Positions 9,414 to 19,968 of a DNA stretch of 32,000 bases are shown piece after piece. Location of the stretch: the NCBI GenBank assembly GCA_028713575.1, contig JAQTOB010000001.1, forward strand, positions 70,379 to 102,378, in the 5' to 3' direction. Positions within the stretch are counted from its first letter, which is position 1. Every line of letters begins with the position of its first letter. Made by a program: the position numbers and the translations under genes. Below the pieces are notes generated by a model. The model saw only the letters and a list, made by a program, of their open reading frames with translations, searched no databases and had not been told where the DNA came from. This DNA is from Patescibacteria group bacterium. Its GTDB lineage: Bacteria; Patescibacteriota; Patescibacteriia; UBA2591; UBA6264.

Positions 9414-10979
9414 TTATTCTAATTTTTCTTTTAAATACCCGGTTAACTCTGCTATAGCCACTCTTTTCTGTTTCATTGTGTCGCGGTCCCTGATAGTCAC
9501 TTTTTTGTCTTCCAAGCTTTCAAAGTCTATTGTTAAACAATATAAAGTGCCGATTTCATCTTGGCGACGATATCGCCGACCGATTGATCCAACCTCGTCA
9601 TATTGAGCCGTCCAATATCTTTTAATCTCTCTAGATATGTCGCGCGCTAATTTTGTTAATTTCTCTTTTTTTGCTAAAGGTAAAATCGCAATTTTAATCG
9701 GGGCCAAATCTTTATGCAGATGCAAAACAACTTCTGTTTCTTTATTTGATTCTGTGGTGGTTGTTCGGCCACCGCCAATTTCTTCATAAGCATCTATAAA
9801 AAAGGCCAATAATGGCCGGTCCACGCCGGCCGAAGGTTCAATAACATAAGGAATAAATTTCTTCCCATTTTCATCGCGACTAAATAAATTTTCTCCTGAA
9901 AATTTGCCATGTTGTTTCAAATCAAAATCACCCCGATTAGCAATGCCCTCCAGTTCCGACCAATTAAAGGGAAATTTATATTCCACATCTGAACAGGCCT
10001 GGGCATAATGAGCTAATTCATTCTTTTTATGCTCTCTAAGTCTAAGGTTCTCTTTTTTTATTCCTAATTTTACATACCAATCTAATCTTTCTTTTAACCA
10101 ATATTGATGCCATTTTTTTGCCTCTTGAGGATGAACAAAAAATTCTAATTCCATTTGTTCAAACTCTCTGGTTCGAAAAATAAAATTGCCCGGCGTGATT
10201 TCATTACGAAACGATTTGCCGATTTGGGCGATTCCAAAAGGAATTTTTGTCCTAGAAGATTGTAAAACATTATTGAAATTAACGAAAATTCCTTGAGCCG
10301 TTTCCGGTCTAAGATAAGTTTTTTGAGCCGTTGCCTGCACTGGTCCAATACTGGTGGACAACATAAGATTTGCTGAAGTCGGTTCAGAAAGCGCTTCTCC
10401 GCACAAAGGACAAGGAATAGCCGCCAGACCATCGGCTGAGGCAGCTATTCTGCCAATAAAATTTCTAAAATCCAAATCCGTCTGTTTAAATGTTTTATGA
10501 ATATCACTAATCCAAGAAAGCGTTACTTCAGGTCTCAAGACAAGCGCCAAATTAGGTGCTAAATCTTTTCCCTTAGTTTTCGCCCAGTTAAAAAGATCTT
10601 TGCTTGTTTTATGCCCTGCCATATCCTTTAATAATGACTGCCACCAATCGCCGTTCCAAATAAGATCATAAATTTGATCGCCGCGAAACTGCTTTTTACA
10701 AAAAGGACAAGAATAAAATGGATCTTTAAAACCGGCGACATGACCGCTAGCTTCCCAAACTTTTGGATTGAGTAAAATCGCGCTATCAAGTCCGACTACA
10801 TCTTCCCTTTCCTGGACTACTTTTTTCCACCAGGCTTTTTTAATATTATTTTTCAGTTCAACTCCTAGGGGGCCGTAATCATAACAAGAACCCAGCCCGC
10901 CGTAGATTTCCGAGGACCGAAAAATGAAACCGCGGCGCTTACACAAAGAAACTATTTTTTCCATTAAATTTTGATTCAT
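9414..10979 (-). CDS. glyQS: glycyl-tRNA synthetase, alpha2 dimeric type
   Basis: RRGFIFRSSEIYGGLGSCYDYGPLGVELKNNIK, FRNEITPGNFIFRTREFEQMELEFF and SAGVDR are class II GlyRS motifs 1-3. Confidence 0.9.
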   Translation of the reverse strand: MNQNLMEKIVSLCKRRGFIFRSSEIYGGLGSCYDYGPLGVELKNNIKKAWWKKVVQEREDVVGLDSAILLNPKVWEASGHVAGFKDPFYSCPFCKKQFRGDQIYDLIWNGDWWQSLLKDMAGHKTSKDLFNWAKTKGKDLAPNLALVLRPEVTLSWISDIHKTFKQTDLDFRNFIGRIAASADGLAAIPCPLCGEALSEPTSANLMLSTSIGPVQATAQKTYLRPETAQGIFVNFNNVLQSSRTKIPFGIAQIGKSFRNEITPGNFIFRTREFEQMELEFFVHPQEAKKWHQYWLKERLDWYVKLGIKKENLRLREHKKNELAHYAQACSDVEYKFPFNWSELEGIANRGDFDLKQHGKFSGENLFSRDENGKKFIPYVIEPSAGVDRPLLAFFIDAYEEIGGGRTTTTESNKETEVVLHLHKDLAPIKIAILPLAKKEKLTKLARDISREIKRYWTAQYDEVGSIGRRYRRQDEIGTLYCLTIDFESLEDKKVTIRDRDTMKQKRVAIAELTGYLKEKLE

Positions 10980-11016
10980 ATATAAATATTATCAAATTTT
11001 ATAAAAAAATAAATGG

Positions 11017-12180
<1,164 letters not shown>

Positions 12181-12252
12181 TCAAACATCAAAATGGCAAT
12201 TTTAAAAATAAAAATTCTGGGTTTTTCATTTTGATTTTTAAGTTTTAAATTT

Positions 12253-12975
12253 TTATTCAAGACGCCAATAAAAAAATTCCTTCAAAATTTTATCTGCCAT
12301 TAAAAAATTTTTGTATTCAAAGTCCTGATTAATCAAACTGTCAAAATCGCGATAAAGCAATTTTTGTAAAATATTTAGAACTTCTTGACTAATTTTAGTC
12401 CCTTTTGTTTCTGTGTCTAATTCTAATTTATGTTTTAAGCAAATTATTCCTCCCTTCTTCGGACTAAAAATAATTTCTTTTCCCTTAGGAATTTTGTTGC
12501 AAAACAAACATTTTTTTATTTCAGGACAATAACCCAAAAACGCCAAAAATTTAATTAAAAAGGCATTGCTGATAAACATGGTTTTCTGTTCTGATAAATA
12601 ATTGATTTTTTCCAAAAATTTTAATATTAACGAAAAAATTTTCTGGTCAGATTGAGTTTTAATCAATTGATCTATTCTTCTAAACAAATTATTGACTTGT
12701 ATCGTTTTTCTGTTGCTTTTAAATATCCCTTTAAATGATTTTTTCACCGCGCCGCCAATCAAATGAAAATTATTTCGCCCGGAAACGACCACTAAGTCCA
12801 ATAAAGCGAATGGTTCAGCAACGATCGGGGCCAATTTGGAATTGATTTTTCGTCCACCGCGCATTAAAATTTCAACTTTCCCCTCCTCTTGACTATAAAA
12901 AAAAATTATTTGATCATTTTCTCGGTAATTTTCTTTTTTAAAAACGATTCCGGACAAATGTCGTGTATTTGACAT
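12253..12975 (-). CDS. recO: DNA repair/recombination mediator RecO
   Basis: N-terminal OB-fold-like region (GIVFKKENYRENDQIIFFYSQEEGKVEILMRGGRK) and a C-terminal zinc-finger-like CxxC...CxxH (CLFCNK...ICLKH). The protein is divergent. Confidence 0.75.
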   Translation of the reverse strand: MSNTRHLSGIVFKKENYRENDQIIFFYSQEEGKVEILMRGGRKINSKLAPIVAEPFALLDLVVVSGRNNFHLIGGAVKKSFKGIFKSNRKTIQVNNLFRRIDQLIKTQSDQKIFSLILKFLEKINYLSEQKTMFISNAFLIKFLAFLGYCPEIKKCLFCNKIPKGKEIIFSPKKGGIICLKHKLELDTETKGTKISQEVLNILQKLLYRDFDSLINQDFEYKNFLMADKILKEFFYWRLE

Positions 12976-12989
12976 ATTGATTTAAAAAA

Positions 12990-14876
12990 TTATTCTTCTT
13001 TTTCTTCTACCGTTCCTCTGTTCTTGCCCCAAAAATCTTCGCTTAAATTTGTATCCAAAAAATCATCTTGAAGTAATACTGATTCATGAGTAAATCCGTC
13101 TTGACCAGTAAAAAAAATATTTTCTGTTAAAGGAATTATTTTGTTCAATTGATCAAATTTTGGAACCACTTCAACTTCAAACCCTGCCTCCAGCAAGGAA
13201 TAGGGACCTCCTTGATATATGTCTATAAATGGAATATCCCAGCCAACCCCTCTGTTCTTTTCTTCATAAAGAATTAATCCGTGGCTAGTTTTTGTTTTTC
13301 CCGTCCAACTGACATTGACTGGCAGTTTTGTTTTAACTGTAACATTTTTTAAAGGATTAGTTGTATTTTTTATCCCCCAAAATATCCAGAAATATGTTTT
13401 TTCGCCCACTTGAGGAGGGAGCGGTCCGCCGCCGATAATAACATGTTCTTCGTCATAATAACGAGCAGAAGATTCTAAAATTACATTTGTTTCTAATAAT
13501 AGATTTATTTTATTTCCGAAAACACTCCATGATGTTTCGTCGCCTCCTAATTTCCCCCGAGCAATAACCTGTAATTCTATACTTGCTTGAGAATAATTAT
13601 TTTTTGCGGCTTCTAAAGAATTTTTTATTGGCAAATCAAAAACAATGACCCCCTCTTCTCCTGGTTTGATTTGTTTAAAAACGGGAATTGTTCCTGAGTT
13701 CCAGCCACTATTTTCATTGGGTGAATATGTTATTGAATCGGAAATTGTATTCTTTAAAACTTTTTCGGAAATAAATTCAGGAGAATCTTGCGCCGCCCCC
13801 TGATAATAATGCCAATCTGTCTGGTAAAGTTGACCAGTATTAAGATATTGACCTCCGGTTAATTTTAAATCTAAAATTAAATCTTGAATGCTTTGTTGGC
13901 TTTGATTTTTAAAAATCAATTCTATTGGGACAACGTCTCCCCAGGTTACTATTTGATTGTCCTTAACTGAATTATTAGCTTCTAAAAAAACATTAAATTC
14001 AAACTTTTCCAAAAAAACTTTTTTTTCTTTTTCGGTCTGTAAAAAAAATTTATCTTCGTAAAAAACGCCCGCCTGTAAATTAAAATCCAACTCATTGATA
14101 GACGGGTTAGTTAAAAAACCTTCAAATTCAAGTCCTTTTTGATTTTTGATGTTCAAGTCCTCAATTTTCCATTTAAACCACCTTTGTGAATCATTTATTT
14201 CCCATTTGACCAAATCGTCATTCGCCGGGATTGATTTAATGTCCTTTAAAACAAAGTTTTTTGGCCAATTTAAAGTTAATTCTGTCTTTGGCAATATTTC
14301 TTGGCTGATATTTTCCAATGAAATCGTTGACTTTATTGATTGGCCAAAAGAAGACTGTTCAGGCATCTGCCAAGTCAAAAGAATTGACGGCTTAAGCATA
14401 ACTGATGAAGATAAACTTTTTTGAAAACTTGAAGAAAAACCGGATAAATAAAAATTTAAATTACCAGTAAACATTTGGTCTTGTTCGCTCTGTCCAAATA
14501 ATCGTCCTGTTATTTTTATCTCTTTTAATTCTCCTTTTTCTATTTTATCCAAAGACCAAAGACATCCTTGATTTAAAGATTGGTCACAGGCTGGTGAACT
14601 TGAATTCAAAACAAACCCTTGGGGAAATTTCAATATCACCTCTGCCCTTTCTAAATCGCGTTTTTCTTGATTTTTAATAAAAATAAAAAAAGTGTTTTCT
14701 TCTCCCGCCTCTTGTTCTGCGTGCCGATAAAACCAAAATTTAACGTCTTGGTCTTCGCTCTCTCTTTCTTTCTGATTGAAATAAAAAAGACTGATTAAAC
14801 TAATTATTAAAATTAAAAATAAAGAAATAAAAATTAAATTCAAAAAACTCAGACCTCTTTTTGGCCAATGTTTCAT
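12990..14876 (-). CDS. membrane-anchored surface protein with several DUF11/CARDB-like beta-sandwich repeats (function unknown)
   Basis: N-terminal TM anchor (LSFLNLIFISLFLILIISLISLFYF). At least three segments follow the pattern: short beta strands, then W-x-L/I-x-x-L/I-x-x-G/K-E, then G-x-L/F (e.g. CLWSLDKIEKGELKEIKITGRLFG). No catalytic motif found. Confidence 0.55.
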   Translation of the reverse strand: MKHWPKRGLSFLNLIFISLFLILIISLISLFYFNQKERESEDQDVKFWFYRHAEQEAGEENTFFIFIKNQEKRDLERAEVILKFPQGFVLNSSSPACDQSLNQGCLWSLDKIEKGELKEIKITGRLFGQSEQDQMFTGNLNFYLSGFSSSFQKSLSSSVMLKPSILLTWQMPEQSSFGQSIKSTISLENISQEILPKTELTLNWPKNFVLKDIKSIPANDDLVKWEINDSQRWFKWKIEDLNIKNQKGLEFEGFLTNPSINELDFNLQAGVFYEDKFFLQTEKEKKVFLEKFEFNVFLEANNSVKDNQIVTWGDVVPIELIFKNQSQQSIQDLILDLKLTGGQYLNTGQLYQTDWHYYQGAAQDSPEFISEKVLKNTISDSITYSPNENSGWNSGTIPVFKQIKPGEEGVIVFDLPIKNSLEAAKNNYSQASIELQVIARGKLGGDETSWSVFGNKINLLLETNVILESSARYYDEEHVIIGGGPLPPQVGEKTYFWIFWGIKNTTNPLKNVTVKTKLPVNVSWTGKTKTSHGLILYEEKNRGVGWDIPFIDIYQGGPYSLLEAGFEVEVVPKFDQLNKIIPLTENIFFTGQDGFTHESVLLQDDFLDTNLSEDFWGKNRGTVEEKEE

Positions 14877-14901
14877 CGTTTTTATTTATAAAATTAAGAC
14901 C

Positions 14902-15339
14902 CTATTTCTTTGGTTGCTGTTCAATACTCAGCACTACTTGAGAATCTGATTTTAATTTTTGAATGAATAAAATCTGTTGACGACTGATTTGTAATTCGCT
15001 TTCTGGTTGATGAATTTCGTCACTAACATTAACTAAAGAAATTTGAGGCTGGACTTCTTCCCGCTCTTCGGCGGAAACTTGTTGAACCTGAAGATAGTAA
15101 ACATCTTTTAGAACCAACGTCTGGGAGCTCTGTTTAATTACATGGCCAAAATAGCTGCGGCCATTAGTTAAAAAGACAGCATACCAATCTCCGCCCCTGG
15201 GAGAAACAAAAATAGTAAAAATTAAAAAAGCAACAATCATCACGATAATAATAATTCCTACAATCAACATAATAATGCTTTTTTTACTATTGGCTTTTTT
15301 TCTTTCTTGAATTTCTATTGTTTTTATTGCTTCTGTCAT
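14902..15339 (-). CDS. small single-pass membrane protein, unknown function
   Basis: 145-aa ORF with one TM helix (IIMLIVGIIIIVMIVAFLIFTIF). Tightly spaced with the upstream 628-aa gene. Confidence 0.55.
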   Translation of the reverse strand: MTEAIKTIEIQERKKANSKKSIIMLIVGIIIIVMIVAFLIFTIFVSPRGGDWYAVFLTNGRSYFGHVIKQSSQTLVLKDVYYLQVQQVSAEEREEVQPQISLVNVSDEIHQPESELQISRQQILFIQKLKSDSQVVLSIEQQPKK

Positions 15340-15383
15340 TTTAATAAAAATTAATTTTAATTAATTATTTTTTTAACCTTTAT

Positions 15384-16565
15384 TTAAGAATTCATTGTAA
15401 ATAAATTTTTATAAACATTTAATGTTTCCCTGGCGCATTTATCCCAAGAAAAATCTTTGGCTCTCTTGCTCCCCTTTTCTTTCAATTTTTTATTCAAATT
15501 TTTGTTAGTCAAAATATCATTTATGGCTTGGGCTATTTGCGCTACATTATAAGGGTCAACCAAAAAAGCGGCTTTCTGGGAAATTTCCGGCAAAGAAGAA
15601 ACATTACTGGTAATTACGGGAATTCTTTTCGCCATGGCTTCAATAATCGGCAGACCAAATCCTTCATAAAGAGAAGGGAAAATGAACGCCGTGGCGCCGC
15701 TAAAAAGACGGCCCAAATCATTTGAGGGAATATAGCCGGGGACAATAATGTCTTTTTTGTATTTTGATTTTTTAATTCTTTTTCTTATATTTTCCGACTC
15801 TTGTCCTTTCCCTCCCGCCAAAACCAACTGATAGGCAGATAAATCTTTTTTTAATGCGACCCCCCGCACTAATCCGTTTCGCCAGCGCTCATAAGCGCCG
15901 ATTAATCTAATAATATTTTTTCTTTTTTCAAATGTCCCCAAAAAAAGTAAATAATTATCGCCAATTTTATACTTCTTTTTTATTTTATTTATTTCTATTG
16001 ATTTCCTTTTTTTAAAAAAACGTTGGTCCAGTCCATGATAGATCACTTTTATTTTTTGTTTGTCCAAATGAAAAATTTCTTCTAAATCCTTGGCTGTTGC
16101 CTTAGAAACGGCAATTATTCTGTCCGTTTTTTTAAGAACATCAGGAATCGTTTTGCCGAAAATTTTTGACTCCTGTCCATTGAATAACTCTGGGAGCTTA
16201 TATCCGAACAAATCGTGAACCGTCACCACGCTTGACCCCTTGTAAAAAAGGGGCAAGGAAGGTGTTGGCGAATGGAAAACATCTAATTTTTCTCTCGCTA
16301 AAGCGGCATTAATTAAAAAATAAGTGTAATCATTCGGTAATAGTTTTTTATATTGCTTAAAGGGAAAAAATTTAATTAAAACATTTTTTTGCCTGAATTT
16401 GTCAAGCCTTTTTCTTTGAACCGAACGATCAAAAAATAAAAAATAAGTGTTTTTTTTGTCTATTTTTAATAAGTGCCTAACTAATTGATATGTATAATGA
16501 CCAAGCCCCGCTCCTTCACCCTTTTCTGGATTTAAAATTGTTCGGCAATCAATTCCAATTCTCAT
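15384..16565 (-). CDS. glycosyltransferase family 4 (GT-B fold)
   Basis: FIFPSLYEGFGLPIIEAMAKRIPVITS motif. Paralogous in layout to the 4796-5914 gene. Confidence 0.8.
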   Translation of the reverse strand: MRIGIDCRTILNPEKGEGAGLGHYTYQLVRHLLKIDKKNTYFLFFDRSVQRKRLDKFRQKNVLIKFFPFKQYKKLLPNDYTYFLINAALAREKLDVFHSPTPSLPLFYKGSSVVTVHDLFGYKLPELFNGQESKIFGKTIPDVLKKTDRIIAVSKATAKDLEEIFHLDKQKIKVIYHGLDQRFFKKRKSIEINKIKKKYKIGDNYLLFLGTFEKRKNIIRLIGAYERWRNGLVRGVALKKDLSAYQLVLAGGKGQESENIRKRIKKSKYKKDIIVPGYIPSNDLGRLFSGATAFIFPSLYEGFGLPIIEAMAKRIPVITSNVSSLPEISQKAAFLVDPYNVAQIAQAINDILTNKNLNKKLKEKGSKRAKDFSWDKCARETLNVYKNLFTMNS

Positions 16566-16611
16566 TTTATTTTTATTAATTTAATAACTAGACATTATCA
16601 TTTTACCATAT

Positions 16612-16639
16612 TTGAAAACAATCGCAATAGTGCTACAAT
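16612..16639 (+). promoter_or_regulatory. sigma70-like promoter of smpB
   Basis: TTGAAA (16612-16617), 16-nt spacer, TGc-TACAAT (16634-16639). Lies 27 nt upstream of the smpB ATG. Confidence 0.45.
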
Positions 16640-16666
16640 ATATAGGATTATTAATTTAATAAAAAA

Positions 16667-17116
16667 ATGAAAGTTGTAGCTAATAACAAAAAAGCTTATT
16701 TTGACTACGAAGTTATTCAAACCATGGAGGCCGGAATTGTTTTGTCCGGACCAGAGGTTAAATCAATAAAAAACGGCCGAGTGAATCTTGTCGGCAGTTA
16801 TGTTTATGTTGATAACAATAATGTCCCCTTGCTTATTAATGCCCACGTTGACTTTTATCCTCCGGCGGCGCAAATACAAAAAAATTACAACCCCACCCAA
16901 ACCAGAAAACTCCTTTTACATAAAAAAGAAATTTCTTCATTAGCCGGCAAACTTAAAATTAAGGGGTTATCTTTAATTCCTTTAAAAATTTACGTTGAAC
17001 ATCAAATTATTAAAGTGCAAATCGGTCTGGTTAAAGGGAAAAAAAAGTGGGACAAAAGAGAATCAATAAAAAAACGGGAAATAAAAAGAAAAATTGAACA
17101 ATCTTTAAAATACTAA
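16667..17116 (+). CDS. smpB: SsrA-binding protein SmpB
   Basis: NKKAYFDYEV...EAGIVLSGPEVKSIK...KLLLHKKEI and a basic C-terminal tail. The tmRNA partner is also in this window. Confidence 0.95.
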   Translation: MKVVANNKKAYFDYEVIQTMEAGIVLSGPEVKSIKNGRVNLVGSYVYVDNNNVPLLINAHVDFYPPAAQIQKNYNPTQTRKLLLHKKEISSLAGKLKIKGLSLIPLKIYVEHQIIKVQIGLVKGKKKWDKRESIKKREIKRKIEQSLKY

Positions 17117-17125
17117 CAATAATTT

Positions 17126-18865
17126 TTATATAGGCCTTGGGGGTAAAATTTTAATTACTCCTTTTTTCTTTTTTTTGAAAACCGTATGACAGACATCATG
17201 AATATTCTTTTCGTTGTTTAAAAATTCTTGATAAACTTTCTTAATTATCGGATTCTCGTGCGCCAATCTTATTTCTTTTTTTCGGTCAATTTGATACAAT
17301 CCTTCAGCGCGATTTTTTCTAACCATTGCATCAATGGGTAAAGGCTGGCCTCCGCCACCAACACATCCTCCGGGACAAGCCATTACTTCAAGATAATCAT
17401 AAAAATGGAGATTTTTCTTAAGTTTCATTAAAATTTTACTTACCTCTCCTGTTCCATTAATAACTGCCACTTTTAAAATTTTTTTACCGATTTTAATTTT
17501 TGCTTCTTTTACTCCTTTCATTCCCCGCACTTGTTTAAATTCTACTTTCATTCTTTTTTTACCTGTTATTATTTTCTGAACCGTTCTTAAGGCAGATTCC
17601 ATAACTCCACCAGTCGCTCCATAAATCACCCCGGCGCCAGAAGGAATACCAAAAGGCATATCTAATTCAACTGGCTTAATTCTTTTAAAATCAATTTTTC
17701 TTTTTTTGAATAAATGTATTAATTCCCTGGTAGTTAAAACATAATCAACGGGCTTTAAGCCGTTTATTTTGAGCTCGTCTCTGGTAATCTCGTATTTTTT
17801 AGCAATACAGGGCATAATGGAAACAATGATAATATTTTTTGGGTCTATTTTTTGTTTTTCTGCCCAATAAGTTTTAATCAGTCCTCCTAAAATAATATGA
17901 GGAGAACGAACCGTGGTTAAGCAAGGAATAAATTCGGGAAAATAAAACTCAATAAATTTAACCCAAGCCGGGCAACAAGAAGTAAATATGGGTAATTTTC
18001 TTTTCTTCCGCAAAGCTTCAACTAATTCATTCGCTTCTTCTATGGTGGTAAAATCCGCGCCTACACTCACGTCAAAAACATTCTTTGCTCCTAATTTTTT
18101 TATACCCGCCACTAATTTATTGGTAACAATATTGCCGACCGGCAAGCCAAACCCTTCGCCAATGCTTGTTCTAATGGAGGGAGCAAATTGTACAACTATT
18201 GTTTTACTTTTATCCAAAAATGGTTTTTCCACATCTTCAAATTCACCCACGCCTTCAAAACTCCCGGCCGGACAATGAACAAGGCATTGTCCGCAATAAA
18301 TGCAGTCTTTATTTTTATCCCGACTGGGAATAATCCTTGTTTCTAAAAATTTTTTTTCTAATTTAAGAAACCCTACGCCCTGATTTTGACAAATTTCCAC
18401 ACAGTTACGGCAATCAATACATTTTGCGCTTTCAAAAATAAAAGCCGGCCCGATTTGATATATTGGATAATCTTTTTTTCTATCCGGAAAACGATTTATT
18501 TTTATTTTATATTTCTTGGCCAACTCTAAAAGTTGACATTGATAAGACCAAACGCAATCGTGACATTCTTCCGCGTGCTGAGCGAAAAGAAGTTCTAAAT
18601 TAATTTTTCGCGCTCTTTCAATTTCCGGAGAATCAGTAATAATTTTCATTTTGGGTTGCGCTTTGAGCGAACAGGCCGTCAATAACTCTTTTTTGTTTTT
18701 TTCTTTTACCAAACAAAGCCGGCAACTTTCCAGTGGTTCCAGGTCCGAATGATAACATAAAGCGGGAATCTCTATCTTATTTTCCTTTGCAATTTCTAAA
18801 ATTGTCTGGTTAGCCTGTGCCCAATAATTCTTCCCGTTAATATTTATTTTGAATTTTTTAACCAT
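17126..18865 (-). CDS. hydA: [FeFe]-hydrogenase catalytic subunit (HydA-like, with N-terminal 2Fe-2S and 4Fe-4S ferredoxin domains)
   Basis: All three H-cluster signatures are present: L1 FTSCCPAW, L2 MPCIAKKYE, L3 EVMACPGGCVGGGGQP. Also an N-terminal plant-type ferredoxin Cys pattern and two CxxCxxCxxxCP clusters. Confidence 0.85.
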   Translation of the reverse strand: MVKKFKININGKNYWAQANQTILEIAKENKIEIPALCYHSDLEPLESCRLCLVKEKNKKELLTACSLKAQPKMKIITDSPEIERARKINLELLFAQHAEECHDCVWSYQCQLLELAKKYKIKINRFPDRKKDYPIYQIGPAFIFESAKCIDCRNCVEICQNQGVGFLKLEKKFLETRIIPSRDKNKDCIYCGQCLVHCPAGSFEGVGEFEDVEKPFLDKSKTIVVQFAPSIRTSIGEGFGLPVGNIVTNKLVAGIKKLGAKNVFDVSVGADFTTIEEANELVEALRKKRKLPIFTSCCPAWVKFIEFYFPEFIPCLTTVRSPHIILGGLIKTYWAEKQKIDPKNIIIVSIMPCIAKKYEITRDELKINGLKPVDYVLTTRELIHLFKKRKIDFKRIKPVELDMPFGIPSGAGVIYGATGGVMESALRTVQKIITGKKRMKVEFKQVRGMKGVKEAKIKIGKKILKVAVINGTGEVSKILMKLKKNLHFYDYLEVMACPGGCVGGGGQPLPIDAMVRKNRAEGLYQIDRKKEIRLAHENPIIKKVYQEFLNNEKNIHDVCHTVFKKKKKGVIKILPPRPI

Positions 18866-19865
18866 TGATAATTTTTTTTATTAAACTTTTAAAAGGCAAA
18901 CTTATGTTTTTGCCCAATGGGCAAAAACTTGTTTTTTCAAGAATAAAGACCAAATCATTAAAAATCTTATTATCAAATTTACTTGGAGTTAAAATTTCTT
19001 TGAGACGATAGACTCCTTCGCGACAACTCATACATTTGTCACAATTCTCTTGACGGAAAAAATCAATCCATTTGTTCATTAAAATAAAAGGGTCTGTTTT
19101 ATTAAAAGAATAAACAATAATCCCTCCCAGTCCTCTTGTTTTTTGTTTTAATTCATTTTCTAATAATATCTCCCCCGTTGTCCCTCCGACTTGAACAAAA
19201 AATTTAAAGCGGGGCCAATTTCCAGTCATTTTTAAAATCGTTTCTATGGTCAAATCCTCTGACAATTCATAAACACCAGAATTTTTAATTTCTCCGCCTA
19301 ATGAATAAAATCTTGTTTTTTTATATCTCCCGTCAACAATTTGAGGGACGAAATAAAACGTTTCTATGTTGTTAATTAAGGTTGGTAAATTAAAAAGTCC
19401 GTCAGTCGTTGGGTATGGGGGCTTTTTCCGCGGCTCTAAACTTTTGCCTTCAATTGCCCTGATTAAAACCGTCTCTTCTCCACTGATATATCCGCCGGGT
19501 TTTTTGAATAATTTTGTGGAAAGTTTTCTGCGTTTAATTATTTTTTCTAATAATTGTTTATATTTTTGAAAATAATCTTTCCGCAAATAAATATAAGATT
19601 CCTTACTTTTAATAACTTTAAGGGCAATTTCTATGCCCTTAATAACTTCTTCTGGATAATTTCTTAGAATAAATCCATCTTTAAAAATATTCGGGTCTCC
19701 TTCAGCTGCATTACAAATTACATATTTTTTTGTTCCGGGGGCGTTTTTAACCATCTCCCATTTTAAACCAGTAAGAAAACCAGAGCCGCTACGACCCCTT
19801 AATCCTGATTTTTTTATTTTTTCAATTATATCCAACATAAATTGTTTTTTGTTTCCGTAATACAT
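18858..19865 (-). CDS. NuoF/HydB-like flavin (NADH-binding) iron-sulfur subunit, short form
   Basis: GLRGRSGSGFLTGLKWE, ICNAAEGDPNIFKD, GEETVLIRAIEGK, PRKKPPYPTTDGLFNLPTLINNIETF and a C-terminal CDKCMSCREG cluster motif. It overlaps hydA by 8 nt. I prefer ATG 19865 because the track start at 19901 is a TTG that reads better as a -35 box. Confidence 0.8.
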   Translation of the reverse strand: MYYGNKKQFMLDIIEKIKKSGLRGRSGSGFLTGLKWEMVKNAPGTKKYVICNAAEGDPNIFKDGFILRNYPEEVIKGIEIALKVIKSKESYIYLRKDYFQKYKQLLEKIIKRRKLSTKLFKKPGGYISGEETVLIRAIEGKSLEPRKKPPYPTTDGLFNLPTLINNIETFYFVPQIVDGRYKKTRFYSLGGEIKNSGVYELSEDLTIETILKMTGNWPRFKFFVQVGGTTGEILLENELKQKTRGLGGIIVYSFNKTDPFILMNKWIDFFRQENCDKCMSCREGVYRLKEILTPSKFDNKIFNDLVFILEKTSFCPLGKNISLPFKSLIKKIING

Positions 19866-19872
19866 ATTAAAA

Positions 19873-19901
19873 ATAATACAAAAAAAATAGGATAAGGTCA
19901 A
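19873..19901 (-). promoter_or_regulatory. sigma70-like promoter placing the transcription start at or near the NuoF-like ATG (leaderless-looking)
   Basis: Minus strand reads TTGACC, 17 nt, TATTAT, TTTTAAT, ATG. The -10 box ends 7 nt before ATG 19865. Confidence 0.45.
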
Positions 19902-19968
19902 TCTTTCAAAATTTATTTTTTTATGTTATAAATAATTATGTTTTATTTTAATTTTTAAGTTTATCAAA

